A stretch of 64,000 nt of DNA from contig MU054098.1 of assembly GCA_013239625.1 (NCBI GenBank), positions 124,001 to 188,000 on the forward strand. Direction: 5' to 3'. A program made the translations under genes and the position numbers. Below, piece after piece: positions 25,841 to 38,428 of this stretch (position 1 is the stretch's first letter; every line of letters starts with the position of its first letter). The notes beneath the pieces are model-generated. The model did not search any database. It had not been told where the DNA came from and was given only the letters and a program-made list of their open reading frames with translations. Source of the DNA: Lama guanicoe. Taxonomy: Eukaryota.

Positions 25841-26057
25841 TTCGCAGTGCGTTTTTGTGGTGCTTTTCCTAGAGCACTGAGCTACTTTGATACATGAGGT
25901 TCAAGAATAAATTTGAGACTGCTTTTCTTTTTAAATAAATATGCCAGTGTTTACATATCCCAAAATGGTGTTTTTCACACTCAATTCATCATTTATTCCA
26001 AATATACTACCATTGCATAGTTTATTGGAAACACAAGAGATCAGTCACATTCTAGAA

Positions 26058-26244
26058 TAGTGTTTTTCAAACTTTAGCCAGGTTCAGAATCACCTGGAGC
26101 GCTTGTTATAATGCAGATTAGTGCCCCCCCCCCCCAGTTTCTGGTTTAGTAGGTCTGCAGGGCAGCCCAGTAATTTGCATTTATAACAAGTCTCCAGGTG
26201 AGGTTGATGCTGCTGGTGTGTGAGTCACACTTTGAGAACCACAC
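26058..26244. mobile_element. MER5A MITE
   Basis: agtgtttttcaaacttt...cagaatcacctggag...atttgcatttataacaag...cacactttgagaaccac. Confidence 0.85.
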
Positions 26245-26559
26245 TCAGAGCAGCATTTTCCAAAATGGGGAGAGTTGGGTTAAGGAGATTTCTTTACTGT
26301 ACGCCGTCTCTAAACTTTTAATCTGTGAGTGTGCATTTCCAACCTCCAAGGTTGGAGAAATGTTGCAAATATTGCATGTTATTTCTAAACTTTTTGACCA
26401 TGGGATGCTTTTTCAAAACTACTTTATTGACGTATAACCAAAATATTTTTGTATTTATTTTATAACTACACATGTTTAAAGTATGCAGTTTAATATGTTT
26501 TGACATATGTATACATCCATGAAACCATCTCCGCCACCATGTCACCTGCTTAGATAGTG

Positions 26560-27015
26560 AACACTGATTAGTCTAAATCAATCATAGCAACCTGTTTCCC
26601 TTGCCAGTGTTTGAAGTATGGACAGAGAACTCAATTTTCATCAATGAGGCATCAGGGCATGTTTTGTTGAAGGTTTTCTGAAAATAGTCTCCTCACTTTA
26701 AAAAAGATAAGCACAGGAAGATTTGGTCTCTGCTTCCACTGTCATAGTTATGTCTAGATGTTATGGCTGGAATTACAGCAATCGTCTTGTAATTGTGAGA
26801 AGAATAAGGCTGAGGATGAAACTGACACTTTGAGGACGGCAGAACAGAAAGATGGAATGAAGCTGGTCCTTGAATTCGAGACACTGAAGACAAAACAAAA
26901 CCAAACCTTGGAGCCCCCTGACCTTGACATTTCTTGTTATGTGAGTTAAGACATGGTCTTTACAGTTTACACGATTTGGAGTGGGATTTTCTGTTCCATA
27001 CAGCTGAAAATGTGC
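26560..27015 (+). mobile_element. Old ERVL/MaLR LTR (LTR33/MLT1K-like)
   Basis: gaggacggcagaacagaaagatggaa...ttcttgttatgtgag...ttttctgtt...cagctgaaa. Confidence 0.55.
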
Positions 27016-27399
27016 TTACAAAGAGATTTCAAAACACATATCACTCACTGTTCAGCTCCTGGTTCTTTAAACTCAGCCAGCTTAGCTTGGTGCCATGTGA
27101 GTAGGGGAGTGCAGTTTTATGGATCTCTCATTTATGTACCATCTACTGGGTTCATATCTCTGGTCATTGGTTCCTAGAACTGTATCCCATCTTTCAATAC
27201 TTGATGTTGGCCCCTCTTTGACTTCTACAATTTAGCTTATACTCAACTTTCAGCTTGCATTGACCCCCCTAAATCCAGCTGCTCTCACAGTTTCTTAATA
27301 GATGCGCCCCTCCCCCACCTAACCCACTAATCCCAGTCCAGTAATTCTCAGCAGCTTCTCTAATAACTGGCTCCTCTTTCTTTACTTCCTTTTTGAAAG

Positions 27400-28200
27400 T
27401 GATACCCGCTTCCATGCAGATGCCCAAGCTAGATATTATCCTAGCTTCTGCCTTCTTTTCTCATCCTAACATCCAGTCAGTCATCAGAGATCTACTTACT
27501 TTAACTTTGAAATGTTTCTTCAAGTTTCCTCTCCATCCTCACTGTTATCATCCTAGTCTAAATAGCCATCTTCTCTCCTGAGTTACAATAACTGCTTCCC
27601 TGCTGTTTTTCCTGTCTCCAGTTTTATCATTTTCAATGCCACTTACATTTTGCAGTGAGAGAAAAGTTTCTGAAATGCTGATCATTTTACTTCCAGGCTC
27701 AAACCCTCTGCCCTCGTCCCACCCCTGCCCATTATCTACAGGAGAAAGTCTCTAAGTTGGAACACAGGGCCTCCATGATCTGGCTCCTCCTTGCTTCTTC
27801 AGCTTCATGCCCCATCACTTCCTGACTCAAACCTCATTATTCAGCAACCAAGAATGCTCTGTAGTTCCTTGGAACACATCCTGCCTTTAGTCACTTTCAT
27901 TCCTTTGCTCGTAGTCTTCTCTGCCATAAAAATACCCTTTCTCCTTCTATACTATCTTCCTATTATTCTTTGGGCCACAGTTCAGGCATCACCTCCTGAA
28001 AGATTTCTTTGATCCACTCAATCTAGATTTCCCTCCTTGATGTTCTTTTATGGCATCTTTTAATTCATCATTGCCCTTAAGACATTATGGTCTATTTATA
28101 TGACTGTATCTCCCCACTCCAATCCCCACTAGAGATGGAACTGTTTGAGTGCAGCGATTGTATCTCATTCATTATCCACAGTTCCTTGAATGAGTTTATT
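27400..28200 (+). mobile_element. L2 fragment
   Basis: catccagtcagtcatcag...ccatgatctggctcct...caggcatcacctcctgaaag. Confidence 0.65.
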
Positions 28201-28559
28201 AGTCTCATCAGGAGAATGGGGCTTTTAGCTCCCACCTCCCTACTTTCCACTGCAATGCTGTTGGACCTTTTGCCTGAATTCATGATTCTTGAGGATTGCT
28301 ACCACTCACCCAGAGACAGCAGATGAGGTGTTAGGCACTGAAGGAATCTAGCTGTGTGAGGCCAATACTGAGTCATACAGAAGAAGCTGGCTATACTCAC
28401 CACTCAGTTGGCAGAAGAAAGAGATGATTGCTTAGCCTCTATTCACACATCTATCAATCAAATACCACCTCCTCCTCCATCAAACCTGCACTTGGAGATA
28501 TTCATACGGGTTCATACCTAATTATTATTCTTCCTGCAAATGAAGGTTTTAATAGTGAG

Positions 28560-29990
28560 AGTTTGGACCAAGACAGTGGGAGTGGAGGTGGTGAGAAGTG
28601 GTTGCATTCTGGATATATTTTGGAAGTGTTGTTGACAGGACTTGTAGATGAATAAGGTATAGGTAATGGGGGAAAAGGGATGAATAAGGATGACGGGTTT
28701 TTAGCTTGGACAATTGGAAAGATGGAGCCACTCTTTAGTAACATAAGGAAAAAATGTGGGAAGAACAGGTTTGAAGGGCAATAACAGGAATTCGATTTGG
28801 GTCTGTGAAGGTTGTGAAGCCGATCAGACGGCCAAATAGAGACATGGGTAAAACAGTGGAAAGTGTGAGTCTAGAGTTCAGAGGAGAAGTCTGATTCTGT
28901 GAATTTGGAAGTCATCAGCACACAAATAATATTTAAATGATGGACGAGGTTACCAAAGAGTGCTTCAGGGTTCAATGGATTAAGAAGAGACTAAGACCAA
29001 GGACTGAGCCGTTGGGCACTCTAGAAGTTGGATTAATAAGAGGAATTGGCAGAGGAGATAATGAGAGCCCATGGAAATAGAAGAGTGTGGGGTCCTGGAA
29101 GCCAAGCAGGAGGGAGTGATCAACCATAACAATTCCTGCTATTAAGGAATTAATAAGGTTGGAACTGAGAATTGAACTTTGGGTTTATCCACATGGAGGC
29201 CATTGGTGATCCTGGAAAAAACCAGTTTTTGTGAAACAGTGGTGGCAAATGCCTGACTGTGATGGGCTCAACAGCGAATGGTAATATGGACAGTTTTTAT
29301 TTTAGAGGTGTTTTCTTATAAAGTAGAGAAGAAAAATGAGGGGAGGAATTGCTAGATGGTGACATGGAATAAAGACTCTTTTTCAGATGGGAGAAATAAC
29401 AGCACATTTAAAAAATACTTATGGCAATGATTCAATAGAAAGTAGAAAATGGATGATTCTCGGGAGAGAGAGATGAATTTCTAGGGTGATGTCCTCGAGT
29501 AAGTGAGTGGGGGTGGGATCTGGGGGACAAGTGAAAGGGCCAGCATTACATAAGAACCTGGGCAAACAGGCGCAGCTCCATGGTTTGTAGTGGGGACCCA
29601 CGTGGTGGTAAGGACTGTGGAAGTTCTTTTCTATTTTCCATTTTCTTTCAGGCAAGGGTAACAGTGGGAGGAGGAAATGTTGAAAGTCTGAGGAGAGTAG
29701 AAACGTGCAATAGCAATTTAGGAGAGTGGGAGAATGAATGGACTAGGAAAAAGTAGTATGATTCTTGAACAGCATTAAGGAGCTATTTGACGTGGGTTTT
29801 TTTTTTTTTTCTCCATCTACATTCAGCAGCAGGGATGCAGGTGTGGAATAGCAGAAAGTTAGATTTAACTGGAGTTGGGGTTTTTCCAAGTGTGTGAGAT
29901 GAAGCAAGGGGTAAACTAATGTGAGGGGGTGATTATAACGACTGGCCACCGTGATGGATAATTTGGGACATGGGACCATGAGGCAGTTGA
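28560..29990 (-). mobile_element. L2 fragment
   Basis: ggaggtggtgagaagtggttgcattctggatatattttggaag...tttggaagtcatcagc...catggaggccattggtgatcc. Confidence 0.8.
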
Positions 29991-30869
29991 TGGAGTGTGA
30001 AGGTTGAAAAGCTGCCCCTGAATTGGGGAACACAGCAACTTGTTAGAGCACAGTACGCTGACTGCCAGAGACCCCTGTTATTAAAAAAAAAGTTATATCA
30101 TTGCAGACAAATGGATGAAAGTCCCACAGGGACTACTTTGACTTTAACAGCACTTATTTGAAAATATAAGTTCTGGCATGTGTGTTGAAAAAAAATCTAG
30201 TCACATTACTAAAGTAATGTACTAGTCTCACCTCATTTGTATATTACCTTTCCTCTGAAGGGCTTCAGCTGCTGAACAAGAATCTGTCAAACACTAAACA
30301 TGCCTCAGAGGCTGTAAGTCCCAGAAGAAGCAAGGTTTGAGCAAAAGCAGATGAAAGACTAGAGATAGTAGGGAAGGGGCTGGAGAGAAAGGTGGACTAG
30401 AAGGGAAGCAGCAGTCCTCGAAGATAAAAATGCCACTGGCAAATTGAACTAGGAAAGAAATAATGCCTTAAAAGGACTACAAGGATGAACAAGAAAAATA
30501 AGGGGACTAGTTCCTCCTTTATAAGCCAACTATTCAACTTGTTCACTTTTTCCTTTTTTATAACGATTACCAGATTATGAAAATGATACGTTTATTAATT
30601 TTTCAAATAAAACATACAAGTGTAAATAAGCAGAAAAACTGCCTACAATTGCATAACATGGACATGTAAATTCAGTGTAATTCCTTCCCATCTTTATTAA
30701 AAATAAATAAACCATTTTCATAAGTTTCCAAAACAAAAAAAGAGAGAGAAACATCAGATACAGCAAGTAAGGTAAAAGAATACAATATTACTGAGATTCT
30801 TCAGTGATGCTTCTCATAGAATAAAGTTGAATTTACTTGTAAATAAGGCATTTGAAAAGAATATTCAGT

Positions 30870-31065
30870 TCTTAGTATGTGCCAAATATTTAACATGTGT
30901 TTATTTATATTATACCCTTGAGGTCTAAAAGGTAAATACCATTATTATCCCCATTTTACAGATGAAGAATCAGAGTAATAGAGAAGTTAAATCACTTACC
31001 TGAGCCCTATATCTTGCCTCCCTGATTTCAAAGCCAGCGCCCTTTCCACCTTATCAAACCATCTC
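30870..31065 (-). mobile_element. MIR SINE
   Basis: attattatccccattttacagatgaagaa core. Confidence 0.8.
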
Positions 31066-31558
31066 CCAGGTGGCTAAGACACGTTATATAAAAGTGCCCC
31101 TTTTCAAAAAGTTATTATTTGAATCCACATTTATTTTTTACAATAATTTATAATCACCAAACAGAACAGTATGTTTGCAAATGTGTCCATAAAGGTAAGT
31201 TCGCTAATGGAAAGCCATACAACAACTGGAAAGCTTGATAGGAAATCCAAATACAAGTGAAAATGAATTCATGCATTTTGGTGAGCACCAAAATCTACTA
31301 ATTACTTCTATTTTGTGTATGCTATTCTTTATCTACAATAATTTCATCTGGGTGGATCCTTCAATTTTACCTCATTTCCTATATGGCCTTCTCCACAGAC
31401 TTTAACATACTGGCTGCTGCTCTGGGTTTGGATATCTACTACACAGCAGGGAGTACCTCTCACTCTCCTCTTCCAAATCAGCACACCACTTATAACCTCC
31501 AACTTGCTTTCCCAGTTTGTAAAAGTTTATTGAAATGGTCAAAAAGCCAGCCGTTTGA

Positions 31559-32227
31559 CATGAAAAAATGGTTAATAACACTAATTATCAGAGAAATGCA
31601 AATCAAACCTACAATGAGATATCAGCTCATATCAGTAAGAGTGGCCATCGTTAAAAAGTCCATGAATGATAAATGCTGGAGAGGCTGTGGTCCTGCACTG
31701 CTGGTGGGAATGTAGTTTTGTACAGCCATTATGGAAAACAGTATGGAGATTCCTCAAACAACTAAAAGTGGACTTACCATATGATCCAGCAGTCCTACTC
31801 CTGGGCATATATCTAGAGGGAACCTTAATTTGAAAAGATACATGCATCCCAGTGTTCATAGCAGCACTATACACAATAGCCGAGACATGGAAGCAACCTA
31901 AATCTCCATTGACAGATGACTGAATAAAGAAGCTGTTGTATATTTATACAATGGAATACTACTCAGCCATAAAAAAGAATGAAATAATGTCATTTGCAGC
32001 AACAAGGATGAACTAGAGATTGTCATTCTAAGTGAAGTAAGCCAGAAAGAGAAACAAAAATACTATGATATCACTCATACGTGGAATCTGAAGAAAAAGG
32101 AAAAAAAGGACACTATGAACTCATCTACAAAACAGAAACAGACTTACAGACATAGTAAACAATCTTATGGTTACTGGGGAAAGGGGGTGGGGAGGGATAA
32201 ATTTGGGAGTTTGAAATTTGCAAAAAA
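31559..32227 (+). mobile_element. Young L1, 5'-truncated and lacking the distal 3' UTR
   Basis: ORF2 C-terminal remnant (LIIREMQIKPTMRY...KCWRGC). TSD aaaaagccagcc(g/a)t(t/c)tga at 31541-31558 and 32228-32245. Confidence 0.9.
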
Positions 32228-33307
32228 AAAAAGCCAGCCATCTGATTATATTCGTGACTATGTTACATCATGTGAATAATATTTGAAGATAAAAAATGAA
32301 TATCTAAAATACTACTAGAAAAGCAAATAGTTCATTTAAAGCACTTTAGAAGAAAATTAATTTAAAAAATCTGTACAAAACTAATACTGTTTTCAATGTA
32401 GCAAGTCTACCTTCCACAGATTTTGGCCCAAATTTTGCTTTCCTCCTTACAGAAAGGGAATTGGGTGATAAAGATGTAGGCAGCAAATCGTGTATAGACT
32501 TTCATTCTTTTATTTTTTATGGCAAATTATTTTATGACCTACAGGTTAAATGGAATCAGTATTTCCTTGGTCAGACTGCTACAAATCAGGTCATCTTGAT
32601 AAAAGTCTTAACTGTAGGAATCAGAGCATAAATACATTTGTCTGAGACAAGTTCAAGAACAGAAGAAAAGATGATAAAAAAGGCACCCAGATCTATCACT
32701 TCAGTCCTATGTGACACGTCCACATGTTTTGATCCCAGACAAAGGTCCATGGATGCCCATCCCTGGCATTTGTTGACTGAACTTCACAACAGAAAGTGGG
32801 GCATGACAGGCAGCCTAATGATTTTTTCTGTTACAGACTATGCAAGGAAAAGCACTAGGTCACTTACAAGCATTTAAGCCAAGCAATAAACTCTTCACTA
32901 ATAAATTAGGAAGGTCAACGGAAGCTTCTTCAAAGCAATTTACTGGAAAAATAAAGACCTTAACTGTTGTTAACTAACTCTAGGAATGAAAAAATAAAGC
33001 CCTATATTATTTACAACTTATCAATATTAAGCATGTACATATTCAGTAGAATTGCAAAAACATAGAATGAAAAGATCACTTTTAGTTTATTGTCTCATCA
33101 TTCTTTGGATAAATGTTAAAGGATTTGTTGTCCCTTTTCCACATTAGGGTACTCAGTATTCAAAATAACCAAGAAAGGAATGTAGAAAAGGGTCCATGCA
33201 CAGAATGCCATTAGGGATGGGGATATAAATCCTTCTTTGACTTCCTCAAACACAAGGAATATAAAGACTTTATACAAGTGAGAAAAGTTTAAAAATTGGA
33301 AACTTTA

Positions 33308-33699
33308 TGCCCTAGTTCAGGCTGCCATAACAAAATGCCATAGACTTCTTGGCTTAAACAGTAGAAATTTACTTCTCATATTTCTGGAGGTTGGGAAGTC
33401 TACCCTCAAAATACTGGCAAGGCAGATTTTAATCTGAGGCCTCTCCTCTTGGTCTGTAGGCAGTCCCCAACTCACTGGGCTCACACGGCCTCTTTGTGTT
33501 GGAGTGGCATGGTGGAGGGGAGAGCTTTCTGGTGTCTTTTCTTACAAGGGCACTAATCCCATCAGACCAGGACCCCACCATTCATGACCTCATCTAACCC
33601 TAATTACTTTCCAAAGGTCCCATCTCCAAATACCATTACAGTGGGGGTGAGGGCTTCAACATATGAATTTTGAGGGGACAAAACACTCAGTCCATAACA
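33308..33699 (-). mobile_element. MLT1A-like MaLR solo LTR
   Basis: TG...CA termini, caggctgccataacaaaatgccatagac, catgacctcatctaaccctaattac. 5-bp TSD cttta/ctcta. Confidence 0.9.
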
Positions 33700-33861
33700 C
33701 TCTACAAACATATATGACATGGCTTTCAATACCAGTGCTCATGAAGGTATTTATTTTCTCCTGGGTACCAGGTATGTAAATCAGATGCACTGTCATAGGG
33801 GAGGTGGTGGGGCTTGGTGATGGCTTTATTGTTTGCTCAGCTAAACTTCCCATTAGTTTGA

Positions 33862-34323
33862 TGTATTAGTCAGGGTTCTCCAGAGAAGCAGAACCAGGTG
33901 ATATAGATATAGATAATAGATATAGATATATAGATATATACAATGAGGTTTATTATGAGGAATTGGCTCACATGATTATGGAGGCCAAGAAGTCCCACAA
34001 TCTGCCATCTGCAAGATGGAGACTCAGGAAAGCCAGTGGTGTAGTTCCTAGTCTGAGGGCAGAAGACCCGTATTTCAGCTCAGGCATTCAAGCATAGATG
34101 GGGCAAATTCTCCTTCTCTCTGCCTTTTGTTCTCTGTAGGTCCTCAGCGGATTGGATGAGGTCCACCCACATCGGGGAGGGCAATCTGCTTTACTCATTC
34201 TACCGGTTCAAATGCTGATCTCATCTGGAAACACCCTTACAGACACACCCAGAAACAAAGTTTAACCAGATATCTGGGCACCCGGTGACCACATTAAGCT
34301 GACACATGAAATTAACCATTGTA
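33862..34323 (-). mobile_element. MLT2B-like ERVL solo LTR
   Basis: tgtattagtcagggttctccagagaagcagaacc...gaattggctcacatgattatggagg...gacacatgaaattaacc. 5-bp TSD tttga/tttgg. Confidence 0.9.
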
Positions 34324-34600
34324 TTTGGTTATTAGAGGTAAAGTCAGTAAAATATTTGTCTGCTTGTTGACAGCTGGCATTGTATTTTGTTAGTCAGTGT
34401 CCATGCTATGCAAACTGCTAAATATTTTGAGTATCACTACTGGTTATACATATTTTGTATTAAATAAAATATATTCTTCATTAAAGCATATAAGTAAATC
34501 AAGGCATACAGAAATAGAAAGATTTAAAAATAATTAGCTGATGCTCTCATTAATCCTTAAATGTTACTATTTTCTGATTTTGATGTATCAAACTTTAAAA

Positions 34601-35029
34601 AAAAGAATGAAAGAATGCCATTTGCAGCAACATGGATGGACCTAGAGATTATTATACTAAGTGAAGTAAGTCAGACAGAGAAAGACAATGTCATATGATA
34701 TCACTTATATGTGGAATCTAAAAAATAATAGTAATGCACTTATTTACAAAACAGAAAGAGACTCACAGACATAGAAAACAAACTTACAATTACCAGAGGG
34801 GAAAGGGGGTGGAAGGATAAATTGGGAGTTTGGGATTAACAGATACACACTACTATATACAGAACTGATAAACAACAAGGTCCTACTGTATAGCACAGGC
34901 AACTACATTCAATAGAAAAAGAATATAGATATATACACACAACTGAATCACCATGCTGTACACTGGAAATTAATACAACATTGTAAATCAACTATACTTC
35001 AATAAAAAAGCTTAATCAAAGATCAAAAA
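34601..35029 (+). mobile_element. Cetartiodactyl-type L1 3' end
   Basis: gccatttgcagcaacatggatggacctagag...aactatacttcaataaaa. TSD aaactttaaaa at 34590-34600 and 35030-35040. Confidence 0.9.
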
Positions 35030-35094
35030 AAACTTTAAAAGAACTAAGTGACCTTGAATATTGAAAGTTAGAGTTCCTGTGATTTGAGTAAAAA

Positions 35095-35540
35095 TTAAAT
35101 TTTGTACTGAGGTGAAATTCACATAAGTTAACCATTTTAAAGTGAACAATTCAATGGCTTACAATATTGTATACCCATTATCATTATCTAATTCTTAAAC
35201 TTTTTCACCATGCTAAAAGGAAACCTCATACCATTGAACACTTGCTCCCAAATTCCCCTCCCCCAGCCCCTGGTTTCTGTCCATATGGATTTGTCTACTC
35301 TAGACATTTCATATAAATAGAATTATATAATATGTGACCTCTTGTATCTGGCTTCTTTCACTAAACTTAATGTTTTCAAGGTTCATCCATGTTGCAACAT
35401 GTATCAGTACTTCATTCCTTTTTTTATGCTGGAATCATATTCCATTGTATATATATATATATATATATATATCATAATTTGTTTATTCATTCATCTAATG
35501 ATGAATATTTGGGCTGTTTTCACCTTTTGGCTATTGAGTT
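35095..35540 (-). mobile_element. Old L1 (L1MB-like) 3' end
   Basis: tgaggtgaaattcacataa...aaccattttaaagtgaacaattc...caaggttcatccatgttg. Confidence 0.85.
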
Positions 35541-36091
35541 AGACTTGTAACAGTTCAATCCAGAGTCAAACCCCTGTGGATCTCCCCACCTTTCACATGA
35601 TAAGCTTAATTACCCTAGAAAAAGAATTTTGACAGCTTCACATATCTTACGGCAGTTGGCTCTGTTTCCTGAGCTGTTCAGTCTTTCCCTTCTTGAGAGC
35701 TTAAGGAAGAATCCGTCTCGCTCACCCAGCCTCCACAACAGAGAAATTAATCAGTCCCTGCAGCAAAAATTGCTCCTTCACTTCCTTCACCTCCCTGCTG
35801 ACCAGTTCTTTCCTAAACAGAGTGCCTTTCAGTCTCTGCTGTTGCTTTCCTGCTCTTTTCCATCTGTAATTGGCCATCCATGCACTGGCTCCTCTGTGAG
35901 TGATCTGACACATGCAAGAGTATTTTTATTTTGATCTAGACCAACCTCTAAAAATAGTTTGTTATTATAAAACTCAGCTACATCTAAGCATAATTGTAAA
36001 AACCACATTTAAACAGAATTAAATATAAACCATGTTCCAGCTTTCCCTTCCTCGCATCCCCATCCCTGCTCCATCACAGTTGATCAGCATT

Positions 36092-36488
36092 TTTTAAAAT
36101 ATATTTTTATTAAAGTATAGTCTGTTTACAATGTTGTGTCCATTTCTGGTGTACAGCACAATGCTTCAGTCATATAGGAACACACATATATTCGTTTTCA
36201 TATTCTTTTTCACCACAAGTTACTACAAGATATTGAATATAGTTCCCTGTGCTATACAGTATAAACTTGTAGTTTATTATATCTGTTTGCTTTAGACCGA
36301 TAGTCACATAGGTTCAAACACATCTGGATCTTGTGAGAATCCTCCTGTATTTTGAAGTGAGAGACACTCTGCCAGAGTTCAGTAGGCATTCTGTGCGATT
36401 CAGTGGGTTTGTAGATGTGATTCTTGGTGTATCTGAGGGAGAGGGTGAGCTGTGAGTCTCTCTACTCCACCATCTTGGATCAACCTCC
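36092..36488 (-). mobile_element. Internally deleted (probably spliced) L1 integrant retaining both the 5' UTR start and the 3' end
   Basis: Minus strand begins ggaggttgatccaagatggtggagtag (L1 5' terminus with YY1-like site) and ends with L1 3' UTR, aataaa and an A-rich tail. Degenerate TSD c(a/g)cagttga(t/c)cag at 36075 and 36489. Confidence 0.8.
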
Positions 36489-37481
36489 CGCAGTTGACCA
36501 GTCTTGCATGTAGGACTAACTTGATTTTGGCTTGGTGGCCAAAGAGTATATTTTAGTTAAATAAACCAGTTCCTACAGATGTTATTTCTCTGACATAACA
36601 GATTGCTTCAATCCAGATTAGCTGTTCATTTCTCCTTAAGAAGAGCCATGAGGATCGGATTGAGTACATGGTGAGAAAAACAGGTCAGTAAGATGAGATT
36701 GTCTCTAAGGTGCCCCTCGAATCACACTTTGTCAGCACCTGGTTTCTCTGGATCTCAGAAGGCCTATACTGGTAGTCAGTATGAGTGCTATGTCTTTCAC
36801 ACTTCTGCTCAAGGCAAACTTATTTTTGGATATTCCTCAGCCCTGAATTGCACTAAAGAAATATTGTCGTTAGCATTCTAAAACTAGAGGAGGCAATGTA
36901 TCTTATTACACAGTGCTAGTTTACCCAACAGACAGTCTGAGCACAGGCTTCCAAACTTGGGGCATACACTTTTTATCAGGGTGGGAGAATTTGGTCTTTA
37001 TTATTTTATATAAAACATAGAGATAGTCATTATAGGAGAAACAATGTCTTAGAGTGCTGTATATTTAGTACGTCATTCATTATTTTTCAAGTTGTCAGAT
37101 AGTAAAACTAACTTTTTAATGTACAGTTTTATGAATTGTAGTATCTTTTAAATTTTAAATTATATATAAAATGGGGGCACTGTAATCTTTTCAGGGCTAA
37201 GTGCCTCTCAAGGCCTTCATCCAGCCCTGTACCTCAGAAATTTACAGGTTAAAAATAAATATGGAAATTGGAGAACACTCAAGATACATCACTACCATCC
37301 TTCATCTTACCTTAAAAGTTAGAAATTGAGCATTTAACCGGGAGCCTCCTTTTTCCATCTTGTGTCACGTGAGAACTTATGGTAATGAGCCCATTACATG
37401 ATCAATCAAAAAAGAAATAATGTCTATAATGTTCAAAGGTAACTGGCTCTGAAATGTGAAAGATTTCCTATTTGCCTTTTT

Positions 37482-37518
37482 TTAAAAGATTTTTTTAAAC
37501 TGAGTTTAGTCAGTTTAC
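37482..37518 (-). mobile_element. Extremely truncated L1 3' tip
   Basis: 37-bp insert (tgagtttagtcagtttac plus T tract) between identical 16-bp repeats tcctatttgccttttt at 37466-37481 and 37519-37534. Confidence 0.75.
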
Positions 37519-38310
37519 TCCTATTTGCCTTTTTATCTGAGAAAATGTTTTAAAGTTTTTTTTTTTTAATGGTGGAGGTGAAAAAAACATAGCTTTGGTG
37601 ATGCAGTGATACCTTAACATATATCTTATCTGAAACTTTGCATCTTAAGTACTTATCACCTTATTTTTCAATTTCCATTTTAGAGTAGTGGTTTGAACAT
37701 AGTACTAAACTGATCTCGTTTTTCAATGTCATTTTGACCTAGTACTTGAAATTAATGTTTACGAGCCTCCTTTGGTCCACATACACTATAGCGAGTCTGT
37801 ACTGGGCAAAAAATATTTATCCCAAGGTAGATTTTGAATCTGTGCCTTCTACTTTGGAAAACCGAATTACATTAAATTTCATAAATATTTATGAAGTATC
37901 TATTATGTACAAGACATTGTTAAGCACTGAGGCAGAGGTAAAGAGGAATAAAATGATATGTTCCTAACCATAAGCATATTATATTTTGTCGTGTCCCATT
38001 TATTATATTTGTTAGCTCATGTTTTTTTCACCCCTTATGGCAGGAAATGTGCCCTATTTGATGTTGTACACAAGCGTTAAAATTATTTGTTGAATTAAAC
38101 TATGTTTTTGGCTAGCCCAGATTTAGATAGAACTATGTCACCCAGTTCTCTGATACTGGAGGTCAACCCTTGTGCAACTTGACTGTGAGTCCAAGACTCT
38201 CAGTGACTAGACCTGGCATCGAAAATCCCTACTACCATATTTCTACTACAAGTTTTAGCAATGAAATCTTCTGATAAGATCTTTAGGTTTATTTGCCTCT
38301 TTTCTTTTCT

Positions 38311-38428
38311 CTTTTTTCAAATTGAAGTATAGTCAATTACAATGTGTCAACTTCTGGTGTATAGCATAATGTCCCAGTCATGCATATATATATACATATG
38401 TATATATTCATTTTCATATTCTGTTTCA
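38311..38428 (-). mobile_element. Young L1 3' end
   Basis: attgaagtatagtcaattacaatgtgtcaacttctggtgtatagcataatgtcccagtcatgc; same subfamily type as 44270-44500. Confidence 0.85.
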
